From Dipteris shenzhenensis (Eukaryota): a DNA stretch of 64,000 nt. This document shows positions 25,710 through 37,303 of this stretch, piece after piece (within the stretch, counting starts at the first letter, position 1; every line of letters begins with the position of its first letter). Under the pieces are notes generated by a model. It had not been told where the DNA came from, ran no database searches, and saw only the letters and a list, made by a program, of their open reading frames with translations. The stretch lies in assembly GCA_047967505.1 (NCBI GenBank), contig CM106538.1; one strand, 5' to 3'. A program made the position numbers and the translations under genes.

Positions 25710-26289
25710 CGTTACATCCCCACTAGGATGTAACCAGCTATGGGTTCGCAAACCCTAAGGTGTGACTGACATGGTCTTGATCTAGCTAAGGGTTAGGACT
25801 AACCTAAGGGACCTAACTAGCAGAAGAGGTCTACAAGAGCTGGCCTAGCCTCAAGTATGGCTAAACTTGGGTGGAGTGTTTCCCCAACTAGGTCAGAGAC
25901 AAATATAGCCTAGGTAGCCCTAAAGTAGGACTTGCTGGCTATAGATGGCTAAAGCCTAGGGTAGGGGCTCAGTTGATGTGGTCTTGAGGATGCGTTCCTC
26001 CGTGACCAAGACTTGCTGCCTAGAGGGCAGCAACTAGGGTGAAGGGCTTGTGGTATGCGACGCAAGTCTGAGTCTAAGGCTAGCTGGTTCTCGTATCCAG
26101 ATGGTTTAGACCTCTAGCCCAGGGGTGGCTCGGATGAGCCTACAGTTGCGAGGTGAGTTGCTAGCTTCAACCCTTATGGGTTGGTTGCGGGTACGTCCCA
26201 TGGTGTGTATTGTGAGATTTGGTTTAGAGGGCGGTGTAGGATACCTCACCAGGGTCTAGGGTTGACCAAAACCGGCAACGGTTGTTACA
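25710..26289 (+). mobile_element. Possible degenerate LTR
   Basis: PPT-like TTTTAAGGGAAGGAGGA followed by GTTACA, and an end at GGTTGTTACA. No partner LTR or TSD seen. Confidence 0.35.
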
Positions 26290-26764
26290 GTTAGGCTCTA
26301 GCAAGCTAGCCTCAATTATCTTGACAGATGTAGTGTACAAGCAAACTCACAAAACCTAGCACATCATTATAGAGTCATACAATTTTATTAAAACGCCTTT
26401 TACTCAACATATAAACGTGGCTCTATTTGGGCCATGTCATGAACTTGTGATACATCCAATTGCCTTTCCTCCTGATGAAGAGTGTTTCAACCATATGCTT
26501 CAATAGTGAAGAATTTCCTTTTGGCTTCAGCACGACTGTTCAAGTAGGCAAAGATAAATATCCTTTGGCTCTTCTTGCCAGGTTTCTATCTTGAAGCAAT
26601 TTGATAGCTGACCGGCAACAATACTCTACTTCTCAGCTTCAATACTAGAAAGTTGTTCTTCTCCATAAATTGCGAACGCAACACACTTGACTTAGATAAG
26701 GATGCAACAATAGGATACCTAGATACAACCTCTGTACAAACATCATGCAATTGGCCATTCTTAC

Positions 26765-26961
26765 CTCTCTCTCTCTCTCTCTCTTCCTTCCTTCCTTCCA
26801 TGACAAAACTTTGAATACCATATGCATAGCCATAATCAAGTGCATAACATTTATTGAAAGCTCTCTCTCTCTCTCTCTCTCTCTTCCTTCCTTCCTCCCA
26901 TGACAAAGGTTTGAATACCATATGCATAACCATAATCAAGTGCATAACATTTATTGAAAGC

Positions 26962-26964
<3 letters not shown>
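26765..26964. repeat. ~100-bp tandem duplication, each copy starting with (CT)n
   Basis: (CT)n-TCCTTCC..CCATGACAAA..TTTGAATACCATATGCATA..ATTTATTGAAAG x2. Confidence 0.88.
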
Positions 26965-27029
<65 letters not shown>

Positions 27030-27031
<2 letters not shown>

Positions 27032-30000
27032 CCCATGTCAACCTCGATCTAGGGAGCCCTGCTATTGCTTGCTTTGAGCCCAGCTGATCTTCTTCAGCAT
27101 CTTCAGCCCTCTTACATAATCCGTACTATCCGTACAAACTGTACGGACAGTTTTCGTCCGTCCCTACAGCCCTGAACCCTGACGCAGATCTCGAAAATTG
27201 AAATTAGCCCGCCACCCTGCTCTTCTCGCCTTCTCGTCGTTTCCTGCTCGTCTTTTGTTGTTCATATCGTTGCATCGCCTCCAACATTTCCTTAGCTTTG
27301 TCTTTGTTTAACCCTCTTCTCCTTTCATAACCTAGTTGCATTGAATCTCTTCCTTCTTAATACTCAGACTTTTGCTGTGTTTTTTTGGTACTGGTTTACG
27401 TGGGCGTGTGGATATCCCTTACGCTGTCCATATCCTCTTCTATGCTTTAGTTCTCCTCCTTCACCTCTTCTCTGATGGATTCTGACCCTCAACTCAAGCA
27501 TTATTTGCACAGGGATCGCTCTCTTGATCCCAAATGAAGACTTACAGAAGCTCCTGCAAAGGATAATCTGGATGCACGCTATGTCTTTGATATGCTTCAT
27601 GAGGAATTTTTTCAAAGTAGACACACATGGAGCGTTCCGGAAGTCAAGTACAAATTGAAGCTTCCCTCTTTGGTAAATCCTCTGAAAAAGATATCACAGA
27701 CTGCTGTAATTTTGTTTTTTCCAGGAAGAATCCCTGCTGCTAATGATGTAGCGTAGTGGATAAAGGCCTTGTTGGGTGGATGTTTTGTTGAGGGAGTATA
27801 GTTTGCCTCAAGGGGCTTTTATGAAGTACATCTTGCTGATGTCACTTACAAGTAGAAGTTATTGGAATTCTCCCCTTTGTTTTATGGCAGACGATTGCCC
27901 AATATGGGTGGAATTGGTTGATTTTCCAAACTATATGCGTGAGGAGTTACCTGGACTCGCTGCATCTTTGGGGCAAGTGATATGTCCTCGTAGACCCACT
28001 GGTAATCGCAATAGACTTTGCATTTTATGGAACACTGACAAGCCTACACCTCCTTCCATTGCAGTTGAGGTGGAGGAGGTTCGTATGGGAGAGAGAGAAA
28101 TATTTTGAGTTAAAGTGGGGGGTCTTTCGAAGACTTGTAGAGATTCTCTGAACCAAAGGTGCCATCAAACTGTCTTTTTATGTGACCATACTCGCCATTA
28201 TAATTGACAAACTTCATAGACTAGAGGTAGTCAATAGAGCGAGCGGGCGGAGCTTGCTTTGCATGTCACAAGTTTGGTCACTTGGCATCAGAGTGTCCTA
28301 CTGTTCTTCATAGACCTCCTCCAACAGCTATGCCTCAAAATAATGCTCAGCCTTTGCCTTGCAATGGAGGGCAGCTTCCCAACATTTCAACCAATACTAC
28401 TCTGGATAAGGCATCTAAAGCAGCAAATGAGCATTTGATAAAGGTAAACACTCCTACAAAGGCAAAGGACAAAGGTAAAGAGAATCTAAAGGATTATGAT
28501 AATTCAGAGAATGAAGGCTGGCAGCAACTTAAAAAGGTTATTTCTTTAAGGTAGAGACCCTTGCAATCCAGACACTGGGATGCCTCTTCTCCCACTCCTG
28601 GTCAAGGCTTCCAGTTCTCAAGTCTCCCATGCCACTAGATTATGGACAGATGTCCTCAAAAAAGGTATTCCAATCTTGATCTAGCTGATGCTGCTCCTCC
28701 TTATGAGCATGAGTCTCAACAAGAGGCAGAGGACATGGCAATGACTTGATGCTTTCTCACATTTCTTGTATACAGCTTTGGAATGTCTTTCTTACAATGT
28801 TCAAGGCCTCTGCAATGTAAATAAATGGAGGCTACTTTGGCATTATGTACATACTATGATCCAGATGTGGTTTGTTTGCAAGAACATAATCAGCATGATA
28901 TGGCTGGACAACAAGGACACTTTGCAGGATATTACATTTTTTATGCAAGCAATTTGAGTTTTTCAGGAGTATGCATCTTAGTCAAGCATGACTTGCATCC
29001 TTTGCTGGCTTTTAATGATCAGCATGGTAGATGGATGGTGTTACAATGCATGGTTGAAGAGGATATCTATGAGATTGCTTTTGTGTATGCCTCTCAAACT
29101 TTTGCTTTGTGTGGATAGATGTGGGATGCCATCAATCATTATCCTTGGAAGTCTAATGCCTTCGTATGTGGAGATTTCAATAACTCCCCTCATCCACAGG
29201 ATAATACTACTCACAAGTCTCATATGATACCTTCTGAATTTCAGAAATGGGAGGAGATGCAAAGTACTCTTAATGCAGAAAATTTGTGGAAAATCTATCA
29301 GCCTCAAACACTGGGATTCACATATCATCATAATGCACTTTCCCATTACTGGGCGAGATTGGACAGATGGTACCTATTGAATGCGCAGCAGTTTGATGCT
29401 TTCACATGTAATTTGTGGGTTGACTACTCTCTTTAACTGTGGAATCATGCGCCCTTGTGGTTGGACTTATGTTTTGCTCAAACAATAAATTATTTACAGC
29501 CTTCAAGTGCTACAATGCTTCATGTGAATAATGCCTACCTTTCACACAAGCAATTTCAGGAAGCCATCTTACTTGCCATCCGGCCTCTTCCGTTGCATGC
29601 TTAAGAGGATTTGGATTTTGCTTGGGAGAGTTTCGTATGCCGCATTCAAATGATCATTAAGGATTATGGCAGGTGGGACTCAAAATGATCAAAGAAAGCT
29701 TCGTAAATGGCAAGTTAGAGCCCGGATTAAGCCCTTGTTGGACAAAGACTGTTCTTCAAAATCCTTTTTTAAGAGTTTGCATGCAGGAAGACAAAGACAA
29801 TCAATTCAAAGGATTAAAAAACAGGATGGTTGCTGGACACAAACTCAATCCCAACTGGAGGCTGAATGTGTACAGCATTTCAAAAACATTTTCTCGCAGC
29901 CTTTGCCTTCCTCTTATCAGTTCCAAGCTCAGCGCAGATTTTTGGATCGTTTCAGCCCAATTATTGATTCAAAGGTTGCTGTAGATCTTGAAAAGCATTT

Positions 30001-31777
30001 CTCAGACACTGAACTTGATGATGCTATGGCAAAGTTGGCTAAAGGTAATGCTCTGTTGTATGAAATTGCTACCCATCCGCTGCTGTTATATATGGATTAT
30101 TTGACTAACTTGGGACAGTTGCATGGTCTTCAGTTACCTGGAGCACAATCTTTTTTTGCACAGACGTATGCTGATAATTCTTTTTTCATGCCTCAAAATA
30201 GTCCTGCTGAAATCAGGCTTCTCATGAGCACTCTTTTTGACTTTGGATTGGCAGCTGGTCTGAATATCAATTTTAATAAATCTAAGCTTTTGCCATTGAA
30301 AGCTTGTGATTGGCACTCGCTTATTTGGCCTGGTCAAATTTTTCCTCCTGATCGGATTGTCAGACATCTAGGGTATCCTGTGGGCCGGAATATTACCATC
30401 AAACAGCAAATGGCATGGGTGTCTGAGAAGCTTTATCAGAAGTTGGATTATTGGAAATTATCCACATGGCCACTACATGTTCGCCTCAGAATTGTTCAAT
30501 CCATGATTATGGCTCATGTTCAGTTTTATTTGCCCCTTTTACACTAGACTACTAAACATCTCAATACTTTTATGTATCATGCAATGCAGCTGTTTTGGAA
30601 GACAAAAACTCGCAGGAAAGGTTTGAGGCTGTTAAAAATGCACTTTATATGTTCTCCAAAGATGCATGGGGGTCTTAACATTCTCGACATCGGGTATCAT
30701 ATATAAGCGAGAAAGATTACCATGCTTCCTACTTTTTCCCAGCAAAATCAGCCATGGGCTATCATGTTGGCAGCCATTGTATGAACATGAGGACAAAGGC
30801 ATATGGGGATTGGATTACTGATCATTGGGAAGTGGTCATTGGCAAATTTCATGGCATTATCCCTGGCTGTCCTTACTCCTCTTCTCTATTACACGATTGG
30901 AAGCGAGTGCTTCCAAAAGTTAAATGGTCTCCTGTCAAGTCAGCTCAGGCCAATTCTCTTCGCCATGAAAGTATACACTGGAGCTCAGTTTTTCATCTTC
31001 CTCTTGCCTTACAGGAACCGGTTAAGGCATACAATCTCATGAAACTTGGGATTCATTACATTGATGATGTGGTGGATGCTCAAGGGAATATTTTATCATT
31101 TCCAGGTGCTTGCCGTCAATTTCCCCTTGGTATGCATCATAGACCAATATGAAGGAAAATAAGCATCTTGTTGCAACACCTACTCCCAATTCCACCTTAT
31201 GATGGCTCCCTCCGACTTCAGAATTGGCAGCTCATGCCCTGTAATCATGGATTACGCCCCATTTCTTTGCAAGCCATTTCTTCTATAAAAACTTATAGAT
31301 TGATTTTGCCTCCTCCATGGATTGTGTAGCATGGGAATACCCTCTGGCATCTACACAAATCTCTTTAATGGTGGAAGTCAAATCTCAAAGTAGTATGGAG
31401 AAGTAAGCTACCTTTAAAGCAAAGATTGTTTCTTTGGAGATGTTTGGTGGGTGTTTTTTCAGTGGGAGTCACTTTGGGCAAATGTGGGATTTCTCTCTTT
31501 TTTCATTGGGTCAGATTTTGGGCGTTTTGGGCTATTTGGAAGCCGAGGAATCAGGTCTTCTAAGGCAATCCATTGCTTCAACCGTATGAGTTTTTTAGAG
31601 CATCATTACGGCAATCTCTGTATGATGCTTGTCATGAGAATGACTTGATGTATCTACTTTAGAGGTATTTTCCCACTGCTTTTGATTTTTCAAAATAGTC
31701 TGTTTTCTAGGCTATTCTTGTTGTAAAAAGTTTTTCTTATTATAAATTTAGTGGTTTCACCCCTCAAAAAAAAAAAA
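27030..31777 (+). mobile_element. LINE-B: near full-span L1-type LINE related to LINE-A, degenerate with internal deletions
   Basis: ORF1 remnants (CPIWVELVDFP, CHKFGHLASEC), EN (SYNVQG, CLQE, CGDFN, RLDRW), partial RT and an A12 tail at 31766-31777. Flanked on both sides by (GT)n(GA)n. Confidence 0.9.
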
Positions 31778-31802
31778 GTGTGTGTGTGTGTGTGTGAGAG
31801 AG

Positions 31803-33639
31803 ATGACTGGTCTTAAAATCCTTGGGGCTGCATCTTTTTTGGCACAAGCATATGCTGATGATTCCTTCTTTATGCCACAAAATTCTCCCCGGGAAGTTCA
31901 CATGCTTATGACCACCCTATCATTGTATGGATTAGCAGCGGGATTGCATGTCAATTTTGACAAATCTAAATTGCTTCCCTTGAAACAATGTGACTGGCAT
32001 TCTATTCTCTAGCTAGGTCAGGTGGTGCATTCCAAAGATGTAGTCAGGCATTTGGGATATCCTATAGGATGGCATATTACCAGGAAGCAGCAGTTAAAAT
32101 GGATCTTCCAAAGACTTCAACATAAACTGGAATATTGGAAAATTTCTACTTGGCCACTTCATGTCAGGCTCAGAATGGTACAGTCCATTGTAATGTCCTA
32201 TGTTCAATTCTTTTTGCCTTTGTTACATTGGTCCCCCAGAGATATTTCAGCCTTTATGTCTCAAGCTATGGAGCTGTTATGGAGGACAAAAACTGCTGTG
32301 AAAGCATTGAGACTGATGAAGATGGAAATGGTGTGCTCTCCTAGGATGCATGGTGGACTTAATGTTCTCAATATAAGATATCATGTACTTGCAAGGAAGG
32401 CGACTATGCTCCATACTTTTTCCCGTCAACAACAGCCATGGACTTGTATGATAGCATCCATGTGTGTCAACATGAGGACATCGGCATATGGCCATTGGAC
32501 TACTGATCATTGGGAGGTTGTCATTGGGAGATTTGTAGGGAAGATACCTGGCTGTCCTTTCTCTACTGCTCTGATACTTGACTGGAAACAAGTACTTTCT
32601 AAGGTCAAATGGGCTCCCAATAACTGCTCGGGGACAAACTCGATGAGGAAAGAAAGTATTCATTGGAGTGCCATCTTTGACATTCCACTTGCTTTACAGG
32701 AACCTGTTCGGGCATATAATCTCATGAAATTGGGAATTAGATACATAAATGATGTGGTAGATGATCAGGGCTATGTCTTATCTTTTCCTCAGGCCACTGC
32801 TTCCTATGCATTGGGAATGCATCATAGGTCGATATGGAAGAAAATTGCTGATTTGTTACATCCTCTTCTCCCTGTTTCTCCTGTGGCTGGCACAGACAGG
32901 CTTATGGATTGGCAATTGCAACCCTCTGCTACATGCTCTCATCCTGTTCCTCTGCCTGTCTTGACCTCCATCAAAGCCTACAGGCTTCTTTAGCCTGCTC
33001 CATGGATTCAGCAATATGCTAATACTCTGTGGCATATCAGGAAGCCCCTTTCATGGTGGCGGAAGAATCTCTAGATATTATGGAAGTGTAAAATGCCTTT
33101 GAAACAAAGACTTTTTCTTTGGAGATGCATGACCGGCACTTTGTCAGTGGGAATCACACTTGCCAAACGTCACATTGCACCATCCACATGTTTACAATGT
33201 CGAGCTCCTTCAGAGACTGTCCCTCATTTGCTTTGGCACTGCCCGTGTTCTAGGAACTCCTTGGAAGAATTTCAGATCATCTTCGGCTCCGTTTCCCGAG
33301 CCACAGATTTGGGAAACATTTTTGGTTATTTGGAAGATTTATGAGGTCTTGGTCTCACTATTCACTATTTCTCTCATGGGTCAGATTTTGGGCTCTTTGG
33401 ACAATCTGGAATGAGCATAATTTGGCATACTTGGGTCACCAGATTCACAAGTCATATGAATCTTTCCGAGCCTCATTGCGGCAATCCTTATATGATGCCT
33501 GCCATGAAGGTGATATCCATGCTTCTTGCATAGAGCTTTTCTTTTTATGTTTCTGATCTTTCGGATACTATCCATTTTGGAGACTTCCCATCTTGTAAAT
33601 TTATGAGAATATAAATACACTGGATTTTACTAAAAAAAA
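31803..33639 (+). mobile_element. LINE-C: 5'-truncated L1-type LINE (RT YADD to 3' end), head-to-tail with LINE-B
   Basis: QAYADDSFF, WKISTWPLHVRL, zf-RVT CLQC..HLLWHC and FFLCF*. A8 tail at 33632-33639 followed by (GT)5(GA)n. Confidence 0.92.
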
Positions 33640-34770
33640 GTGTGTGTGTGAGAGAGAGAGAGACAGAGCTATTAATTGAGGACATTTCAAGTTACCTGCT
33701 TTAAAGATTCATTTATTTTGAAAAAATTTAACTGTATGCACATTTTAACGTGGCCACTGGACCTGCTGAATCTTCCACTGAGGCTGAAGGAGCAAGAGAA
33801 GCAGAAAAGAGGCAACCCTTGTTAGAGGACACTCCAGGTTCTTACATCCACTCCAAGGCCACATTGTAGCTCCTCACAATCTCAAGGAAGAAAAACTTCT
33901 AAGCTCCAATACCAATGTAGTAGAGATGTAGCCTACGATCTTCTCTCACAAGTCTGTCTAACAAACTACTGCTCATAGCATCCATTCTGAGCCAACCAAG
34001 ACTGTCCGGAAAAGCTGTGTTTCCTGATTGACAGGAGCTAATTGAGTACAACAATACTATATCATTTTCATTTCATCCAACAACAGGGGCTGGGGCTGAT
34101 CCTCAATGAAGAGGCTGAAGGCGGCAATGGGATGGGTTGAAGCCCGAATCCAGGGCTTCTGCAGAGGCTACTAGAGGCTGGATCCAGTCACTTGCTCCTG
34201 TCCATGTGACTGCCTGTGTGCCAGTCCCACATGGGCTGCGCTGCTGCTGCCATCTGCCCCCGTGGCAGATCTGTGACTGCTGCTGTTGGTGGTGGCCCTT
34301 GTGTCTGCCTATGTTCACAGCCCTATAGATGCCTGTGACATAATACCACAAATAGGATCCACAACTAGCTCTCAACAGTCACGCTATTTGGAAGCTCTAG
34401 CCCCATCTTTAATAACCCCATCCCTTGCCCCAGTTATATCAGAGGCAAGAGACATTATTAAAAAGATGCACATCTAAGACTACATAACACCAGAGTTCCA
34501 GGACCCATTGACATTTTGACTGCAACTTCTTAGCTACTCTGCTCAGAACATTTTAAGAATTCAGTACTAAAGCAAGGCTTCTTTTTATGGGATTCTTCAT
34601 TTAGTATATTCCATGTTTAGTATGTTTTTTACTGTGTTCTTCTGTTTTTCTTAGTTCTTGGCATAAGCAGGCACATGGTTGAATGTACGAGTGTTTTTTT
34701 TTAAATAATTAAGGTGAAAACAGGATTGCTCGCACAGAAATTAAAAGCCAGAAAACGTTCGATGCATTAC

Positions 34771-34857
34771 CAGAATAAGGTCTGCTGCTGGCAAGAACTC
34801 TACTTGGTGGGTCACAAAGATAACCGTCTTCTGTGCTAGTGCTCCCAATATGCATTC
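34771..34857 (-). CDS. ABCC5: ABCC5-like coding exon 3 (87 bp; H-loop)
   Basis: cag|GAATGC...ATTCTG|gtaatg boundaries. Encodes ECILGALAQKTVIFVTHQVEFLPAADLIL. Confidence 0.92.
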
Positions 34858-35105
34858 CTGGATACAGATAGACCAGATTTGCATAGCCATATTATTCCCA
34901 AATAATATTGCACATGTACTGCTCAACACTTACTTTACTAGCTGCTCTCACGCGTAAGTAACACTATGCTTTCAAATATACAGATCATTGGTTATCAAGC
35001 TACATAAATGCAAGTCATTTCCAAGCAGGCGGTCTTCTTCAAAGCCAACCATTAGGGTGAGCGAGTGCAGGTCATAGACAAAAACTTCCACAAACTACTT
35101 CTCAC

Positions 35106-35426
35106 CTTAAACAATTCACTTCCAGTGTGAGCATCAAGTGCACTGAATGGGTCATCAAGAAGATAAATATCTGCATCTTTGTATAAAGCCCGGGCAACTT
35201 GAACTCTCTGTTTTTGTCCACCACTTAAGTTGATTCCCCTCTCTCCAATAATTGTCTGGTCTCCATGGGAGAAAAGGCTCAAATCCTTTTTTAAAGCACA
35301 AACCTGAAGGGCATTCTTATACTTATACTTATCCATGTGACTTCCAAAAAGGATATTATCTTCTATATTGCCAGTCTTAATCCATGCTGACTGTGAGACG
35401 TATGCTGTTTGCCCGCAAAGTTTCAC
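35106..35426 (-). CDS. ABCC5: ABCC5-like coding exon 2 (321 bp; ABC signature and Walker B)
   Basis: cag|GTGAAA...TTTAAG|gtgag boundaries. Encodes [21 protein letters not shown] and [15 protein letters not shown]. Confidence 0.93.
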
Positions 35427-35887
35427 CTGGACAGTTGATTTGCTAAGATCAGCCTACAAGCTCAAAATAGTAGGAACACTTAGAAGTGAAAAAATTGTGG
35501 TGGACCATTTCCACTTTACTACAGAAAAGGAGGTAAGCATTTCCGCTTCCGATAAAACGCAATAACGCAGCACGTAAAACTAGAGGACAGAGGAGAAGGA
35601 GCGAGAACGGGAATATAAACAGAAAAAGAGGGAGAAGAGGGTTGAGGGAGCGAGGGGAGCGGAGGGTGTAGAAGACAAGAAATTGCGGTGTACATTTCCT
35701 TTAGTGACAAAAGGAAGGAGCAATAAATGCACGGGGTATAAATTGGTTCCTCTCAACGGGACATCTCTTCAAAAAAGAACCTTTCTCGAAGCAGCATTTG
35801 TGATGGTCTAACTCCGTTCGCCCACCCAATGCTGGTAAAGCAAGATAGATCCAGTTCAAGCCACTGCCAAAGGTTTCAGTATCTTAC

Positions 35888-37303
35888 TGTGCCAGAAAGC
35901 TTTGGAATTTCACCAAGAATGCATGCAAGGAGGCTTGTCTTCCCAGACCCAACCTTTCCGCAGACTGCAACTCGCATCCCCTTGGTTACTCTTAGATTGA
36001 TTTTTGAAAGCGTGGGATTTTCAGAAGAAGGGTCCCAGCTGAATATACCCCCTTTTACTTCAATCGCCACGCTCGACGAATCCTTGTCGAGTCTCATGAC
36101 GGCACCTTTCTGCAGCTCCTCCTCTGAAAGGAAACTGGAAAGACGCTCTAAGGAAACTTTCGTTTGAGCAATCATTGCGAGGAGGTCCGGAAAATTTCGC
36201 AACGGTTCTTGAAGAACGCGAAATGTAGCTAACGCTGAAAGAACTCTTCCTGCAGCCAGTGGGATTTCAAGCATCAAACAGGTGCCGAAGGTAATCACGG
36301 ATACAAAAATCGGTGCTCCCCAGAAAACAAACGTGATCGCTGCCTGCGCCAAGAGAGCTTTGCGCAGCCACCTGTATTCTACTTTCCTCAAATCTTCCAG
36401 CTTCACCCGGTATCTGTCTTCCCATGCTTGCAGCTTCAATATTCTCATACCACGCAGACACTCAGACGTAGCCTTCATTCGCTCATCTTTGGCTGTCATC
36501 AATTCATCCTGGTATTTCTCTTGCAGTCTAGCAAGAGGCGTATTACTGATTATACAGACAATTGTTGCTGCCAACGTTGCAATGAAGGCCATCCCGACAC
36601 TTCTGTACAAGATCGCCAGAGCCAAAATAATTTGCAGCGGTAGAACCCAGATGTCATGCAAATACCAGGAGAAGTCCCCAACCCTCTGCACATCGACGGA
36701 CATGTAATTGATAATCTCCCCAGCGCTGTGGCTTTGCCGCGATTGACTAGAAAGACGTAGCCCTTTACGATACACGAATGCTGTCAATGCAGCACGAACA
36801 TGCATACCCAATACGTTGATTCCCATGTACCAATGCCGCTGCGCCAAATTCTCCGCCAATTTGGAGCCAAGAAAGGCAAAAGCCAGCACGTAACCTTCAT
36901 GCCTGAACCGCCTTTTGCCGCTCAGGTACTCCACAAAGTCGGTGATCAGAAACGGACCTACGTACGTGGCGCAGGTGTTCACCGCCGCGAACACGGCGCT
37001 GCAGGCCGCCTCTCTCCAGAAAGCGGCGGCAATGGCGCGGGTGAGGGGGGGAGAGGGGCGGCGAGGTGGCTGAGGAAGGTCGAATTTCCGCAAGCTGGAT
37101 TTCAAGCAGAGGTAGGAAGATTCAGAGCGATGGAGGGGGGGGAGGAAGGGGATGTCGGAGAGTTCGAGGGGTTTACGGGAGCCGAGGGAGAGGAGGGGGT
37201 CAAGCCAGGAGAGGGTGGCGAGGCTGAAGAGGTTGGAGGGAGGGAAAGGGGAGGGGGGGGGGGGCTTGTCGGGGGGGAGGAGGGGTTGGGAGAGGTGAGC
37301 CAT
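35888..37303 (-). CDS. ABCC5: ABCC (MRP) transporter, ABCC5/MRP5-like, coding exon 1 (linker, TMD1, NBD1 Walker A)
   Basis: SLATLSWLDPLL, GEIINYMSVDVQRVGDFSWYLHDIW, LQEPLRNFPDL and GKVGSGKT closely resemble Arabidopsis ABCC5 as recalled. GT donor after GGCACA (1416 bp, phase 0). Confidence 0.92.

Noticed and set aside
26400-26760. Possible downstream ABCC exon
   Set aside because: Minus-strand translations contain stops and no ABCC motifs. It is probably a decayed TE fragment.
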